Source: Carcharhinus amblyrhynchos (lineage: Eukaryota). From it: a DNA stretch of 64,000 nucleotides. Below are positions 52,632-64,000 of the stretch, piece after piece. The notes below the pieces were generated by a model that saw only the letters and a program-made list of their open reading frames with translations, did no database searches and was not told the DNA's origin. Where the stretch lies: contig OZ336903.1 in NCBI GenBank assembly GCA_965287045.1, positions 806,001 through 870,000 on the forward strand, in the 5' to 3' direction. Made by a program: the position numbers and the translations under genes. Each line of letters begins with the position of its first letter. Position 1 is the first letter of the stretch.

Positions 52632-53632
52632 ATGGGGAAAGCGCTGTGCACAGTATTTGGTGTCTTGCTGCTGGTGCAGGAAATTGCTGTCCAAGACGTA
52701 CAATTCTACCCTCGTGAAGAAGAAGGTCAGTCTCTCTTATAGTTGACAAAATACGGTTGTTCTTACTCTGCATTGTAACGTCTTCTTTGTGTACAACTTT
52801 CTATCACACGTATCCATCCCTGGTTTGGTTCTCAGATCTGGCAAATGTCACCGCTTTATTCCTGCCAAAATTTGAATGATTTAATTTTAAATTCAACAAT
52901 GTTCTTTAGCTTTCTTTTTGTTCTCCGTCCTATTCCCGCAGCGCCTCCCTCCACCCCCCCCCCCCCCTCCACTCTGCCACCCCACTCCACGATCTTCACA
53001 TCTTTATCTCCTAAACGGTTACCAGACCCAAAATTTTCAGAGAACTCTGATCTCCAAAATTAACCAGCCGAATCTCATCACTTCATCCAAGGTGAATTTA
53101 CCTTCTCCTTCTTGGGCTCAAGTTCTGGAGTTCCCTCACTGCTCCTCTCTGATATTTGGTTTCAAGCCTAATCAGATAATTAACTTCATAGTGCATTATT
53201 ATAAGAAAGTCACCAATAAATCCAATCAGTTGTACAAACGAATAAATATTAAATATAAAGTGAAGGGAATTTATAACTCATCGTCACCAGCAATGATTTT
53301 TTTGGAATAATGAAGATAAATTCAGAGGAAGCTCGTTTAGCACATGAAGGTGAAAGGTGATTTTGTAAGATTGTATTTTAACAACCGCCCTCATCTGCAT
53401 GTAACAAACCCGCCTCGGATTCCTGATGTCCTCATGTCTACCGTCTGTTTCATCACCCACAAATGCTGACCAAAAAATCCTCTTTTGTTTTGTTTCAGAG
53501 GAAAGGTTCGAATGCGGAATATTTGGTGGGGTCTGCCAGTATGAACCCTGCGCACCGGACCGGGTTCGACTGCTTTCTGATCTGTGTTGGTATGGCCAAT
53601 ACTGCTGTGCGGATCCAGCACTTTTTAAATGA
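52632..53632 (+). CDS. Beta-defensin-like prepropeptide 1, two exons (52632-52725 + 53499-53632), 75 aa
   Basis: MGKALCTVFGVLLLVQEIAVQDVQFYPREEE|EERFECGIFGGVCQYEPCAPDRVRLLSDLCWYGQYCCADPALFK*. Phase-1 gtcag...tttgtttcag intron; C-X6-C-X4-C-X11-C-X5-CC; AATAAA at 53736. Confidence 0.88.
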
Positions 53633-54655
53633 AATATCTGAATTATAATAGTTTCCTTAGCAACCAGCTTCAAATCGGCCGTCCTTTCATTGTGGCTGCA
53701 ACAGATCTCTGCATTTCAGAATTATAAAATATATCAATAAAACTCTCTGGACTGATCACCGATTATTGTGCAGGTCTTGTTTCTCATCCGGTTTCTATAT
53801 TCCTGCATTAACACAAAGGGAAAATATATCAGAAAATGTCACACTGGGGACATAGATTCATTCAGTGAAGAAACGGCCTTCAGGCGACCACTTCTGCTCC
53901 ATAAATATCGATCACTAATGGCAAAGTAAACATATTTCTCTGTACTTATCCCATATTATTGAATATTAAAATAATTCAAGCCCATTCAAATACGTTTTTA
54001 GCTTGGAAATGTTATGACCTTGCCTACCTTCCCAGGCAGTTCATTCTAATTTCACATTACATTTTGAGTGAAGAAGTTGCCTTTTCTCAAATCCCATCTG
54101 AATCTCGTGACCCTCATCCTAAAAGTGCGCCTTCATTATTGGCCCCTCAACCAAGGGAACAGGCTTTACTCCAGAGACAGGCCATTGAATAAACACAGGA
54201 GGCCCCAATGACGTTCCCACGTGTATCAGTCACCTCCCCCCCGCCCCCCTCTGTTTCTCCCTCTCCGTCTCTTGCACACTTCCCCAGATCGTTATCTGTC
54301 CGACATTCCATCTCTGCTCCTGGCTCTCGATAACCTGATTTCTGCTCTGGTTTTCTATCTCAAGATGAATCTGGATTGAAATTCTCTCTCTCAAAGTTTC
54401 TGTCAGGCCTTTCAAAATAATAATCACAATCAAAAAAAAATGAGAGGGGACGGGGCAAGAAAATCCACAGTCCCATCCTGAAGAGGGTGCTGCACATTTT
54501 ATTGAACCATTGAATTCAGTCACTTCAACCCTGTTGGGGAATTAAGCGAATGTAAAATTGCTCCTGAGATTTAGACCTTGAAGTGCGGCCGAGTCACAGA
54601 GGCTGCATTATTCCACAGGTAGAAAGAACAAATCCCCCTCCATCCCCCGAGTTAG

Positions 54656-55351
54656 TGTAAGGAAATTTGTACTCAATATGTAAGCATGTTAGTACTTAGA
54701 GAATTTGTACTGAATAATTGTACCTAAACTGGATATGAAATACGGAATCACGGATAGTATTAGAGTGTCTTCCTTGAAGTAGAATTGGGATGGGTAATCA
54801 AGTATAGCTGATTTGTAACCTAATATAATCAAGTGTAGCAAATGTGATCAAAGCAGGAGGCCCAGAGAAGCAGTATAGCAGTTACTTACTAGCAAATGCA
54901 ACCAATAGTCCCTTGGGGGGACAATGGACACAACCCAGCTGTCCAGCTTGAGATTGACCGTAATAAAAAGGAAGTAATAAAGTGAGCATGTTTTCTTCAC
55001 ATTCAGCCTAAGTCAGCTAAACCACTATTAGTGTACAAGCAGAGTCGTAAAGATAAAAGCAAGGGATATAACCACCATGGTTTTAAGAAGAAAAGAGAGG
55101 AAACAGGGGGTGATCAATCTCAAGCAAGACAGATAAAGGGTCAGTGGGTCGTAAAAGCGAGATAAGGATCTTGAGGTATGGAGCTGAAATGTGCTTAAAA
55201 AGACTGTAAGCCGATGGCTCGTTGGAGTGTTCCGGACATCCCGGCTTTATTCTCTTGTGCTGGAAAATAAAGTCTACTGCTTGGAGGATGACAACTCAGA
55301 CTCTCTGTTTCAATCGGGTTAAATAAGTTGTCGTCTTGGGGAACCACGACA
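54656..55351 (+). mobile_element. Solo LTR (696 bp, TG...CA, 4-bp TSD TTAG)
   Basis: ttag|TGTAAGG...CACGACA|ttag; aataaagtctac poly(A) signal at ~55266. Confidence 0.8.
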
Positions 55352-57185
55352 TTAGACAGAACATTTTTTTTTCATCCACATCCACAAATGCCAGCGCCGT
55401 GTCTAAAAACACAAGGAGGACTCTGGGACTGAGAACAAGCCTTTCTCCCAGGCTCAGGAATTTGAATATTGGCTCTCTCTCCCGCCCGAGTGCTTTACAG
55501 TGAGAGGGAGAAAGAGAGACTGGGAATGCTGCAATCAGGATCCACGGGGAATCCCACACTGCAGGAGGAAACAATTCACCCCCAGAGCCTCCGTCTCTTT
55601 CCCCTACCATCTCCCTGAGCCCCTGACATTCCTCAAACCGTCTCTGTTCAACCTGTCAAAAGTGATTGATCCGTAATGGAACCAACACATCCATCGAGGA
55701 TTCCACGAGATATTTTGAACCATCAGTGATACATTTTAGGCACAATTTGCAACCCAATCTGCTCTGATATCGCTCATTGTGCAATTAACTATGCCACAAT
55801 GCATCAATGATTCAATGAAGAGAGTGTCAACGCCTGTTGTGAGCAGAAGCAGAGAAATCTAATTTGAAATAATATCCTACTGAAGGCCCAACACGGAGAA
55901 TACAACAGGTGCAGAACCGTGAAGGAAGTCTAAAATGTCAACGCAAATCATTGTCAATGACACCAGATTCGATCTATGTTTTGCAGAACTGACTCACCCA
56001 AACATGAGTACGGGTTGGCAATTCAACAACTATCTGGGGGAGGAGGCTCCACAATGGTGTGACAGGCCCGCATGTGAATATAATGGAGGAGGTTAAATCA
56101 TCTCAGATAATCTACAGGCAGAAATGTTGGTTTGATGTTTCACATTAGTTTCATGTGTTCAGCATGCCAGTCTTCATCCATTTTACACCCGTCCACGTGA
56201 TATCAAGGAACGAATGAAGGTGCTGGAAAATGACCAGTCATTAATGCAGATTATCCAAAGCCAATAGTGTGGAGGTTGTGTTGTTTTCATACAAACAGCT
56301 GATCCCACAGATCACAAATAAGAGGGCTCATTTCTGACAGTTAGCTAAAGTTCAACAGGCAGGGTAGCGGCAGGGCACCAGGCACTTGAGGCAAATATTC
56401 AACACATTACCCACTGCTGCATTCAGAATTATTGATACATCTGGATTGAAAGATAATTTTGCATGATGAGGACAGAGAGAGTTGGTATCAGAGTAAGGTA
56501 GTGACGTGGGTGAGGGCAGAAGGAAACACATATGATGGAACGCAGGAAAATAGGGAGATAGAAAAATAACAAAAAAAAACTGAACGTAGGCAGGGTAGTC
56601 AAGAATGGGGAAATGGAACAATTAGAGATATGTAAGCGCACTAATGATAAAAACTGACGACTTTAATTTGTGTAACGCCTTTTACACACTCAGAATATCC
56701 CACAGAGAATCATTGCCAATGCTAAAACTGCCATCAATGAAATAACATACAAAGTGCTGCAGGGAATACAGCACAAACAAAAATGGCACGTATTACAAAC
56801 TATCCGGGTATTTAATATTTTCCACTGAGTTTCTCAGTGAATAGCGATGTCTTAGCATAACGATTCCTCACAACAGACACACAATATGTTGGAGAGCGGA
56901 AGATTAAACAACCACTACAACAATGACAGAAATAAGAGACAGAGTAACCAGTGGACAAGTTAACCTTACAAATTATTTGCATTTTATTATGAATCTCCGG
57001 TTGATTCATTTACCCGATTTTTTTTTTAAGTTTGTGATCAGTAACCTGCAGAAGAGAACACATTTAACACATTTAATCTCTGATCACATGAACTGTTTGT
57101 CTGTGAGCCGTTCTTCAGTAAGAAGCAACTTGGAGCGAATCCCCACATTATGTGAGTGAACAGCTTAATATTTAACACGTCTCAA

Positions 57186-57191
57186 TATAAA
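57186..57191 (+). promoter_or_regulatory. TATA box of defensin gene 2
   Basis: TATAAA starting 48 nt upstream of the ATG at 57234. Confidence 0.6.
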
Positions 57192-57233
57192 GAACTCCCA
57201 TACTCAAGTCATTTCATTGCAACTTATTGGAAA

Positions 57234-58222
57234 ATGGGGAAAGTGCTGTGCATAATATTTGGTGTCTTGCTGCTCGTGCAAGAAAGTGCTGTGCAAGAAG
57301 CCCGCGTCTACGCTCTTGAAGAAGACGGTCAGTATATCTTACGGTTGCCAAAATACGGTTGTTCCTACTCTGCATTGTAACGCTTTTTTTTAATACAACT
57401 TTCTATCACTCGTGCCCATCACTGGTTTGGATCTCAGATCTGGCAAATGTCACCGCTTTATTCCTGCCAAAATCTGAATGATTTAAGTTTAAATTCAAAC
57501 AATGTTCTTTAGCTTTATTTTTGTCGTCCGTCCTATTCCCATACACATCCCTCCTCCCCCCCCCCCCCCCCCACCCGCCCCCCACCCCAACCTCCTCCAC
57601 GATTTTCACATCTTTATCTCCTAAACGTTTACCAGGCCCAAAATTTTCAGAGAACTCTGCACTCCAAAAATAATCAGCCGAATCTCATCACTTCATCCTA
57701 GGCGAACTTACCTTGTCCAGGTCCCTCACTGCTCCTCACTGATACTTGATTTCAAATCTTATCACATAATTAACTCCATAGTGCACTATTATAAGAAAGT
57801 CACCAATAATTCCAATCAGGTGTACAAACGAAAAAATATTAAATATAAAGTGAACGGAATTTTTAACTCACTGTCACCAGCAATGTTTTTTTTGAACAAT
57901 TAATGTAAACGTTAGAGGAAGCTCGTTTAGCACTTGAAGGTGAAAGATAGTTTTGTAAGATTGTATTTTTACAACCGCCCTCATCTGCATGTAACAAAAC
58001 CGCCTCGGATTGCTGATGTTCTCATGTCTACTGTTTATTTCATCACCCATAAATGCAGACCAAATATTCCTCTTTTGTTTTGTTTCAGAGGCGAGGTTCA
58101 GATGCAGAATACTTGGAGGGGTCTGCCGATATGGAAGCTGCGCACCGGACCGGGTTCTTCCGGTTTCTAATCTGTGTTGGTATGGCGAGCACTGCTGCGC
58201 GGATCCAACACTTTTGCAATGA
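57234..58222 (+). CDS. Beta-defensin-like prepropeptide 2, two exons (57234-57327 + 58089-58222), 75 aa
   Basis: MGKVLCIIFGVLLLVQESAVQEARVYALEED|EARFRCRILGGVCRYGSCAPDRVLPVSNLCWYGEHCCADPTLLQ*. Same splice sites and Cys spacing as gene 1; AATAAA at 58326. Confidence 0.88.
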
Positions 58223-58829
58223 AACATTTGAATTGTAATCGTTTCCTTAGCAGCCAGCTTCAAATCGGCCGTCCTTTCATTGTGGCTGCAACAGATCTCT
58301 GCATTTCAGAATTACAAAATATATCAATAAAACTCACTGGACTAATCACCGAATATTGTGCAGATCTGGTTTCTCATCCGGTTTCTCTATTCCTGCATTA
58401 ACACAAAGGGAAAATATATCAGAAAATGTCACACTGGGGACATAGATTCATTCAGTGAAGAAACGGCCTTCAGGCGACCACTTCTGCTTCATAAATATCG
58501 ATCCCTAATGGCAAAGTAAACATATTTATCTGTACTTATCCCATATTATTGAATATTAAAACAATTCAAGCCCATTCAAATCCGTTTTAAGCTTGGAAAT
58601 GTTCTGACCTTGCCGACCTTCCCAGGCAGTTCATTATAATTTCACATTATATTTGAGTGAAGAACTTGCCTTTTCTCAAATCTCATCTGAATCTCGTGGC
58701 CCTCATCCTAAAAGTATGCGCCTTCATTATTGACCCCTCAACCAAGGGAACAGGTGTTTTTTCATTCATCCTCTCTACCCTATCACCTAAACCATGCCTC
58801 CCTGAAAGTTATTTGCTCTAAACAAAGGA

Positions 58830-60200
58830 ATATAGAAAAAAGAAGCAAGAATTATCAATTTGATATTTTGAACGTATCCTCCCAATCATCTTGATCACGG
58901 CTGTTCATCAAGTTCAATATCCTGACCCCACCCTCCCTACTATATCCATTGAGCCCGTGATATCAAGAGGTACACCAAATTTATTATTCAAAACACACAA
59001 CTGTTGGGCCCGACTACTTTTGTAGTACTTAATTTCATCGGCTCGTCACAAGCTCTGGGCGATTATTTTCAGCTCACCTCAGTTCTAAAAGTTTTATCCT
59101 TTCTCTGAAGATTACGTAACCATTTTTCGACATCCAACCAATTGGAACATTCTTTGTGATTCTGCCCTGTCCAATCCCGTTGGAATTTTATGCGTTTCTA
59201 CAAATCTCCCCTCACTCTGCTAACCACCAATAAAAACAATCCTCACCGAGGAGCATCTGCTCATTTGACAGACCTGCCATCCCAGGAATCAGCCTGGAAA
59301 ACCTTCTCCGTACTCCCTCTATATCAAGGGCATCGTTCCTCAGGTAAGGATAGAGAATTCAGGATATTGCCTCAAAAACGCCCTGCACAATGTTAATGAA
59401 ACATCCCCATTGTTATACTCAAATCCTCTTGCTATTAAGTCCAACGTACCATTTCCCTCTGTTATTGTCTGCTGTAGCTGCAAACTTCCTTTCAGATAAA
59501 TAATTTAAAGAAAATGAAATTCAATCCTTAAAAATAACAAGCAATGCCAACTCACTTGTTCAAATGCTCCATCCCAGGCAGCATTCTGGGAAATGTCCTC
59601 TGTGCAGCCTCCAGTGTTACCACATATTTCCGGTAGTGAGGTAACCAGAATTGCACACAGTATTCCAGGTGTCATTCGCCATTCCTTCATTTTGTTTCTC
59701 CTCCAGCAGTGATCTTGTCACACTTATCACAGAGAAATCAATCTGTCACTGCTCTGCCATTCTAACCATCCAATCATTATCAGCCTTTAAACAGTAATCA
59801 CTCTCCAAAGCATAGTGTCATCTGCAAACGTGTTAATTGTTCTCTCCTACCACATTACTATCCATGTTGTTTATGAATATAATAAACAATACACGTTCCA
59901 GTGCTGATCATTATAACTTTGGATACCGGCATGCCGTCCATCGAACAGCCTCATATCATAATACTTCGAGGCCCATTACGAAGCCAGTTTCCAATCCAGC
60001 TCGCCAAGTTTCCCCAAATCACATCGGCTTTTCCCTTTTCAATCAATCTCCCAAGTCGGAAATTGCCAAATATTTTGCAAAGATCCACAAAACTATAAGA
60101 ACTGAACTTCCCTTGTCCACACACAAAAAAATCGACCAAAATTGTTCGGCATGAGATCCACCTGACAAAATCATATTGGATAGTTATAATTAACTGATGT
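58830..60200 (-). mobile_element. Patchwork of decayed CR1-type LINE fragments
   Basis: GNLASWIGNWLRN, tcatctgcaaac (FADD on the minus strand) and ccagaattgcacacagtattccagg remnants. Confidence 0.6.
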
Positions 60201-60224
60201 TTTTCCAAGTGAATATTCATCTTT

Positions 60225-60900
60225 TAAACAAAGCGAATTTTGAAAGTTCGAAATGGCAGAACTCTTAGAAACTTTAACAGATTAATCCGGGACTGCAAGC
60301 CAACAGTTTCCTGGAAGTGGCAGCAGGAGAGGAGCACTTGGCCAAGAAAATACGTGTCATGCCTGCCTTTATCTGTCGGTGTCTGGAGTATAAGAATTTT
60401 GCAGCTCGTTTGAACTTTAATCAGATATAGAACACAGAGTACAGCTCTGTTTGGCACATGGAAGGATGTGATGGATTTGGATAGGGTACAGAAAACATTT
60501 TAACAGTTATCTGCTTTGAATGGTATTAGCTGTGAGGAGAGTTTGGGCAGAGATTGTTCGATTTCACTTGAACTTTGGAGAATTGGGTATCTGATAGAAC
60601 TTTGCAAATTGAGAGAGCCGTGGATAAAATGGACAGTTGAACTCGTTTTCCAGGGGGAAAGAAAAACGTCAGTTATTTGGGTTCTGATGTTGAAGGCAAA
60701 GGGGGGAATGTTTAAAGGAAATGTAACAGGTAATTTCTTTACACGGGGGAGGGGGAGAGGGTAGGTTCTTGAATGTATGGTCAGTGGAGGTTGTAGGAAC
60801 AGATTCAGTAACAACGTTTAAGAGGAGTCTTGACAGTTACATGAATAGGCAGTGGATAGCGTGATATTGTAAACACAACATGTTTTTTAGCTTTGAAAGT
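60225..60900 (+). mobile_element. Decayed CR1-type LINE 3' fragment
   Basis: ggaaggatgtgatggatttggatagggtacag, GYLIEL, FKGNVTGNFFT. Confidence 0.65.
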
Positions 60901-62329
60901 GGTGCAGGATCTGTTCTGAGTGCTGCGACTCGTTGTTCCACAGAGTTCCTCGGAAACAGGATCTGGTACAATTTCTTCTGCATCAGTCTAGAGAGGATCT
61001 ATGTGCTCATATATTCTTGCTAAAAATATTAAAGAAATTCCTTGAAAGTGAGGTGACATTACAAATTATTTCCTCTTGCTGAAGGAGAAGAGGACGTTGT
61101 CACCTGGGATGGCGTAGGTGGTCTCCGTCGCCGACTACATACAAGAATAGATAACAGGCAGGGAGATGAGGCATGTGCCTCTCACTTGCAATTGTACGGA
61201 TCCATTTTATAATGTTCAGTGAAACGTTGACCTTCATGGGAAATGTCAGTGTTGATTGTACACTTCAGTGAGGGCCGGGGTCTCCCTGTTCTACCTTATA
61301 AAACTCTGTGACCACCTTCTGATATAATCAGAGCAGACTCAGGCACTCTGTGAACCCAGTCGTCACGCCGTGGTCAGAATTACTTCAATCTGAATATTGT
61401 TCTCCCTGAATTTTTGCAGCAGCTCAAATCACAGCCCCCGGAAATCCATCCACAACTCCTGCAAACATCATCCCATAATTGAAACAAATCAAAACCTCTC
61501 CTCTGAAATTATTTTCTCTGTTATTTGAAATAAACTTAGGGTGAAATTTTATCCTTGCTGAAAACATGTTCAGTTCAGAATGACTAACACAGATATCAAG
61601 TAGACAGCCTCAAACCATGTCCAAGGTGCCATCACGCTGCTTTCTTCTATGGGACACACATAAAATATTGCCCCTTTCGGGCCATTTCAGTTCATTTGAG
61701 TTGCCACATGTAATTATGGCGCTGGAGAGCCAGTAAGATATCCATATAAAGGTGAAACAGTGAATTGATTGAAACTTGAAGGGCAATAATTGAAAGGAAT
61801 ATGGTAAATAGACAAGCCAACGGGAATGAGTTGATGGGACTTTCCATGATGGGTTTCCAGCAACAGATTCAGAATGTTAAAGTGATTGTAATTCACCGCG
61901 AACAGGGTGATTGCTTCACATGTTTTGGCATGAACCAGAATATTTGCAGCAGATTTTTTCGATGACGTGAATTTGATTAAGGTTACTCACTCCGAATGCG
62001 GGCGGGAGAAATTTAGTGACAGGCGATTCCAGGTTGATCAGAGGCACAGGCGAGTGTTAAATAAGTAACTGGGCTCAGTGAGAGCTATCATGGGGATGGG
62101 ATTGGAGACGAAGAGAACATTACTCAAAAGGCAGAGCATGTTCAAACGGAGCCGAGAGGTTGTCAGCAGTGCGGATCAGCCGCATGGTTTAGTCAGATAG
62201 AGAGCTCGAATGGATAGATCTGGGTTTTGTGGTGGGTACAGAAGCCGATTGTAACATTTTTAAATGTAAAGAACAACAATGCAATGCAAAATGATTTGTG
62301 TAATTAGCAGTGCGTGGATAGACAGATAA

Positions 62330-62600
62330 GGGCTTCTGACAATCGCCTGGATGAGGTGGTAACCAGCTTGAATAACTTGAGGTATATACTCGATCTTCCA
62401 TAGTAATGATAACCAGTTATCATTTGTAGAAAGCTGGGAGAGCGCCCAGGACAAGCTCCTGTCTGTTGAGGTCGCATTTCCGTCTATTGTCCTCAGGTTC
62501 TGATCCATCGCTGCAAAATGTCCATCTGTTTTTGTTTAGATTCTGACCTATTGCTCCATCAATCCTATACCCTTTTCTCGGATTCTGATCGTACTTCTCG
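62330..62600 (-). pseudogene. Orphan first exon of a second GPR139-like paralog
   Basis: MDQNLRTIDGNATSTDRSLSWALSQLSTNDNWLSLLWKIEYIPQVIQAGYHLIQAIV aligns with ILSGALYELSTYYAWMSLENRIYFTLLIIQAGYYPILAIV. There is an upstream frameshift, no GT donor and no exon 2 in the window. Confidence 0.75.
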
Positions 62601-63539
62601 CTATTCCTGGTGTCTCCAATTCTTTTCAGTGTCGGTGATGATGCTATCCGCGGAGACAGTGCATTCACTCAGTGAAAGAAGTCCGCCAATAATCAAACGG
62701 GGGAAACATCAAGTGACACAGTTACTATCCATTCAGACTAAAGTTACTTCCACACATGAAACAAACATATCCAGCTAACTGCTTTGGACTCAAAATATTT
62801 GATTGTCAAAACAAGGTGGAACATTTTACGTGTTCTGAAAAGTGAACTTTGTTTCTCTTGCACGGATTTGAGCGTGCTTTCTGTTTCATTTCAGATTTCC
62901 AGCTTCCACAGCAGTTTGCTTCGATGAAAGCATTTATCTCGCCTGCATCAGAATTGTTTTGGTTTCTTGGGGAAGAATTCCTGGAAACTGTGGAGTGACT
63001 GGCCATAGCTTTTAAATGTGTCAGAGATATTCGAGTGCTGCCATCGGACTGGAGTGTTCTCAGTATCAGACCTGTCTTTAAAGTGACGGGGAGACAGATG
63101 AATCCTGATGCTGCCATGATGTTGGCAAAATGACTATGAAAATTGATGTGTATTTAAATTGTACACTGTGGGCAGAAGAGTTGGCATCTTCTAAAGATTT
63201 GAAATTTGCAAGATCCAAGAGACATGGTTGTGCTACTGAGAGACCATGTCTTGCACACACGATGTAGTACTACGATGTGTGTCCATGAGAGTTCCGTCTG
63301 AATTTTCGGTAGGATGGAGGACCCGGCACCTCTAACTTTGTCATTCAAGTTTTATTGTCTAGATTTGCTTTGTTTATTACTCACATTATTTGCAGTTCTC
63401 GCTGGCTGAGTTTTCCCACTGTCTTTCCTGATCTCTCCCTCTTTTCTCAGCCATAGTTGTCTTTTCTTTGATCGTGATTTTACGTGAAGGTATCCTTGCT
63501 CACAAGCGATTGTCTTAGGCAAATCTAATGTCAAAGTGA

Positions 63540-64000
63540 ACCTTTCATTTTACATTCATTGAGAACCAGATTGGTGAAAAGACAATGGGGGACCAGAAAG
63601 TAGCCGAGCAGCTAAATAAATAATGTGTCAACCCTCAAAGTCAACATCCTAAAATGCAAACAAAAATGTGTGGGGAACTCGTGGAAGGTAATGAATACAA
63701 TAATTATCAACAAAAAAAAGTGCCAAGGAAAGTAATGGATCTAAATAATGGATAAGACAGCTGGAATTAACGTGTTGCACCATAGAATAGTGAAACAAGG
63801 AGCAACAGAGATAGGGGAAACGCTTGTCATTCTTTTTCCAATAATCCTTTACTTCTAGGAACATTTCAAAGGAATTTTAAACTGTCCTTCTTCAACAACA
63901 GAGGAGGAAAGAAACAGCGAATGGTGTTGAGACTGACATCAGTATATGAAAAAAGTGTTATTTTCCATCATGAAGGATCAAATAGCAAAGCATGTAGAAA
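63540..64000 (+). mobile_element. Decayed CR1-type LINE RT fragment
   Basis: Remnants of the AEQLN, IFQ.S...G and LFKKG/RPVSLTS-type segments. Confidence 0.5.

Larger units (their letters stand above)
51769..54163 (+). repeat. Tandem duplication unit 1, carrying defensin gene 1 (partner 56353-58754)
   Basis: Both copies start caacaggcagg and end ccaagggaacagg. Confidence 0.95.
56353..58754 (+). repeat. Tandem duplication unit 2, carrying defensin gene 2
   Basis: Collinear with 51769-54163. Confidence 0.95.

Noticed and set aside
53026-53091. Possible middle exon in the defensin intron
   Set aside because: In-frame TAA in both copies.
53284-53673. 129-aa minus-strand ORF conserved at 57874-58263
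   Set aside because: Antisense to the defensin exon, non-ATG start, no recognisable domain; conservation follows from the recent duplication.

Overview
This is eukaryotic, AT-rich, repeat-dense DNA. HE1-type SINEs, CR1/HER1-type LINEs and Penelope-type ends point to a shark or ray genome (inference). Spliced genes were reconstructed by hand from GT-AG sites and reading phase. (1) A minus-strand, six-SRCR-domain type I membrane receptor (4022-21249) with a WC1/CD163c-like a-b-c-d-e-d' domain order and a tyrosine-motif tail; its signal exon was not located. (2) An intact two-exon GPR139/GPR142-like GPCR (39087-46138) with a heptad-repeat N-terminus, plus a decayed orphan first exon of a paralog at about 62.3-62.6 kb. 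(3) Two tandem, two-exon beta-defensin-like genes (52632-53632 and 57234-58222), which the ORF track splits into fragments. Their peptide exons differ far more than their flanks and have opposite net charge. The rest is a ~0.9-kb inverted repeat pair, 43-bp satellite arrays inside a mosaic direct duplication flanking the GPCR, a solo LTR with TSD, a hammerhead-motif Penelope insertion with TSD, LINE/SINE debris and one 848-N assembly gap. All counts are manual.
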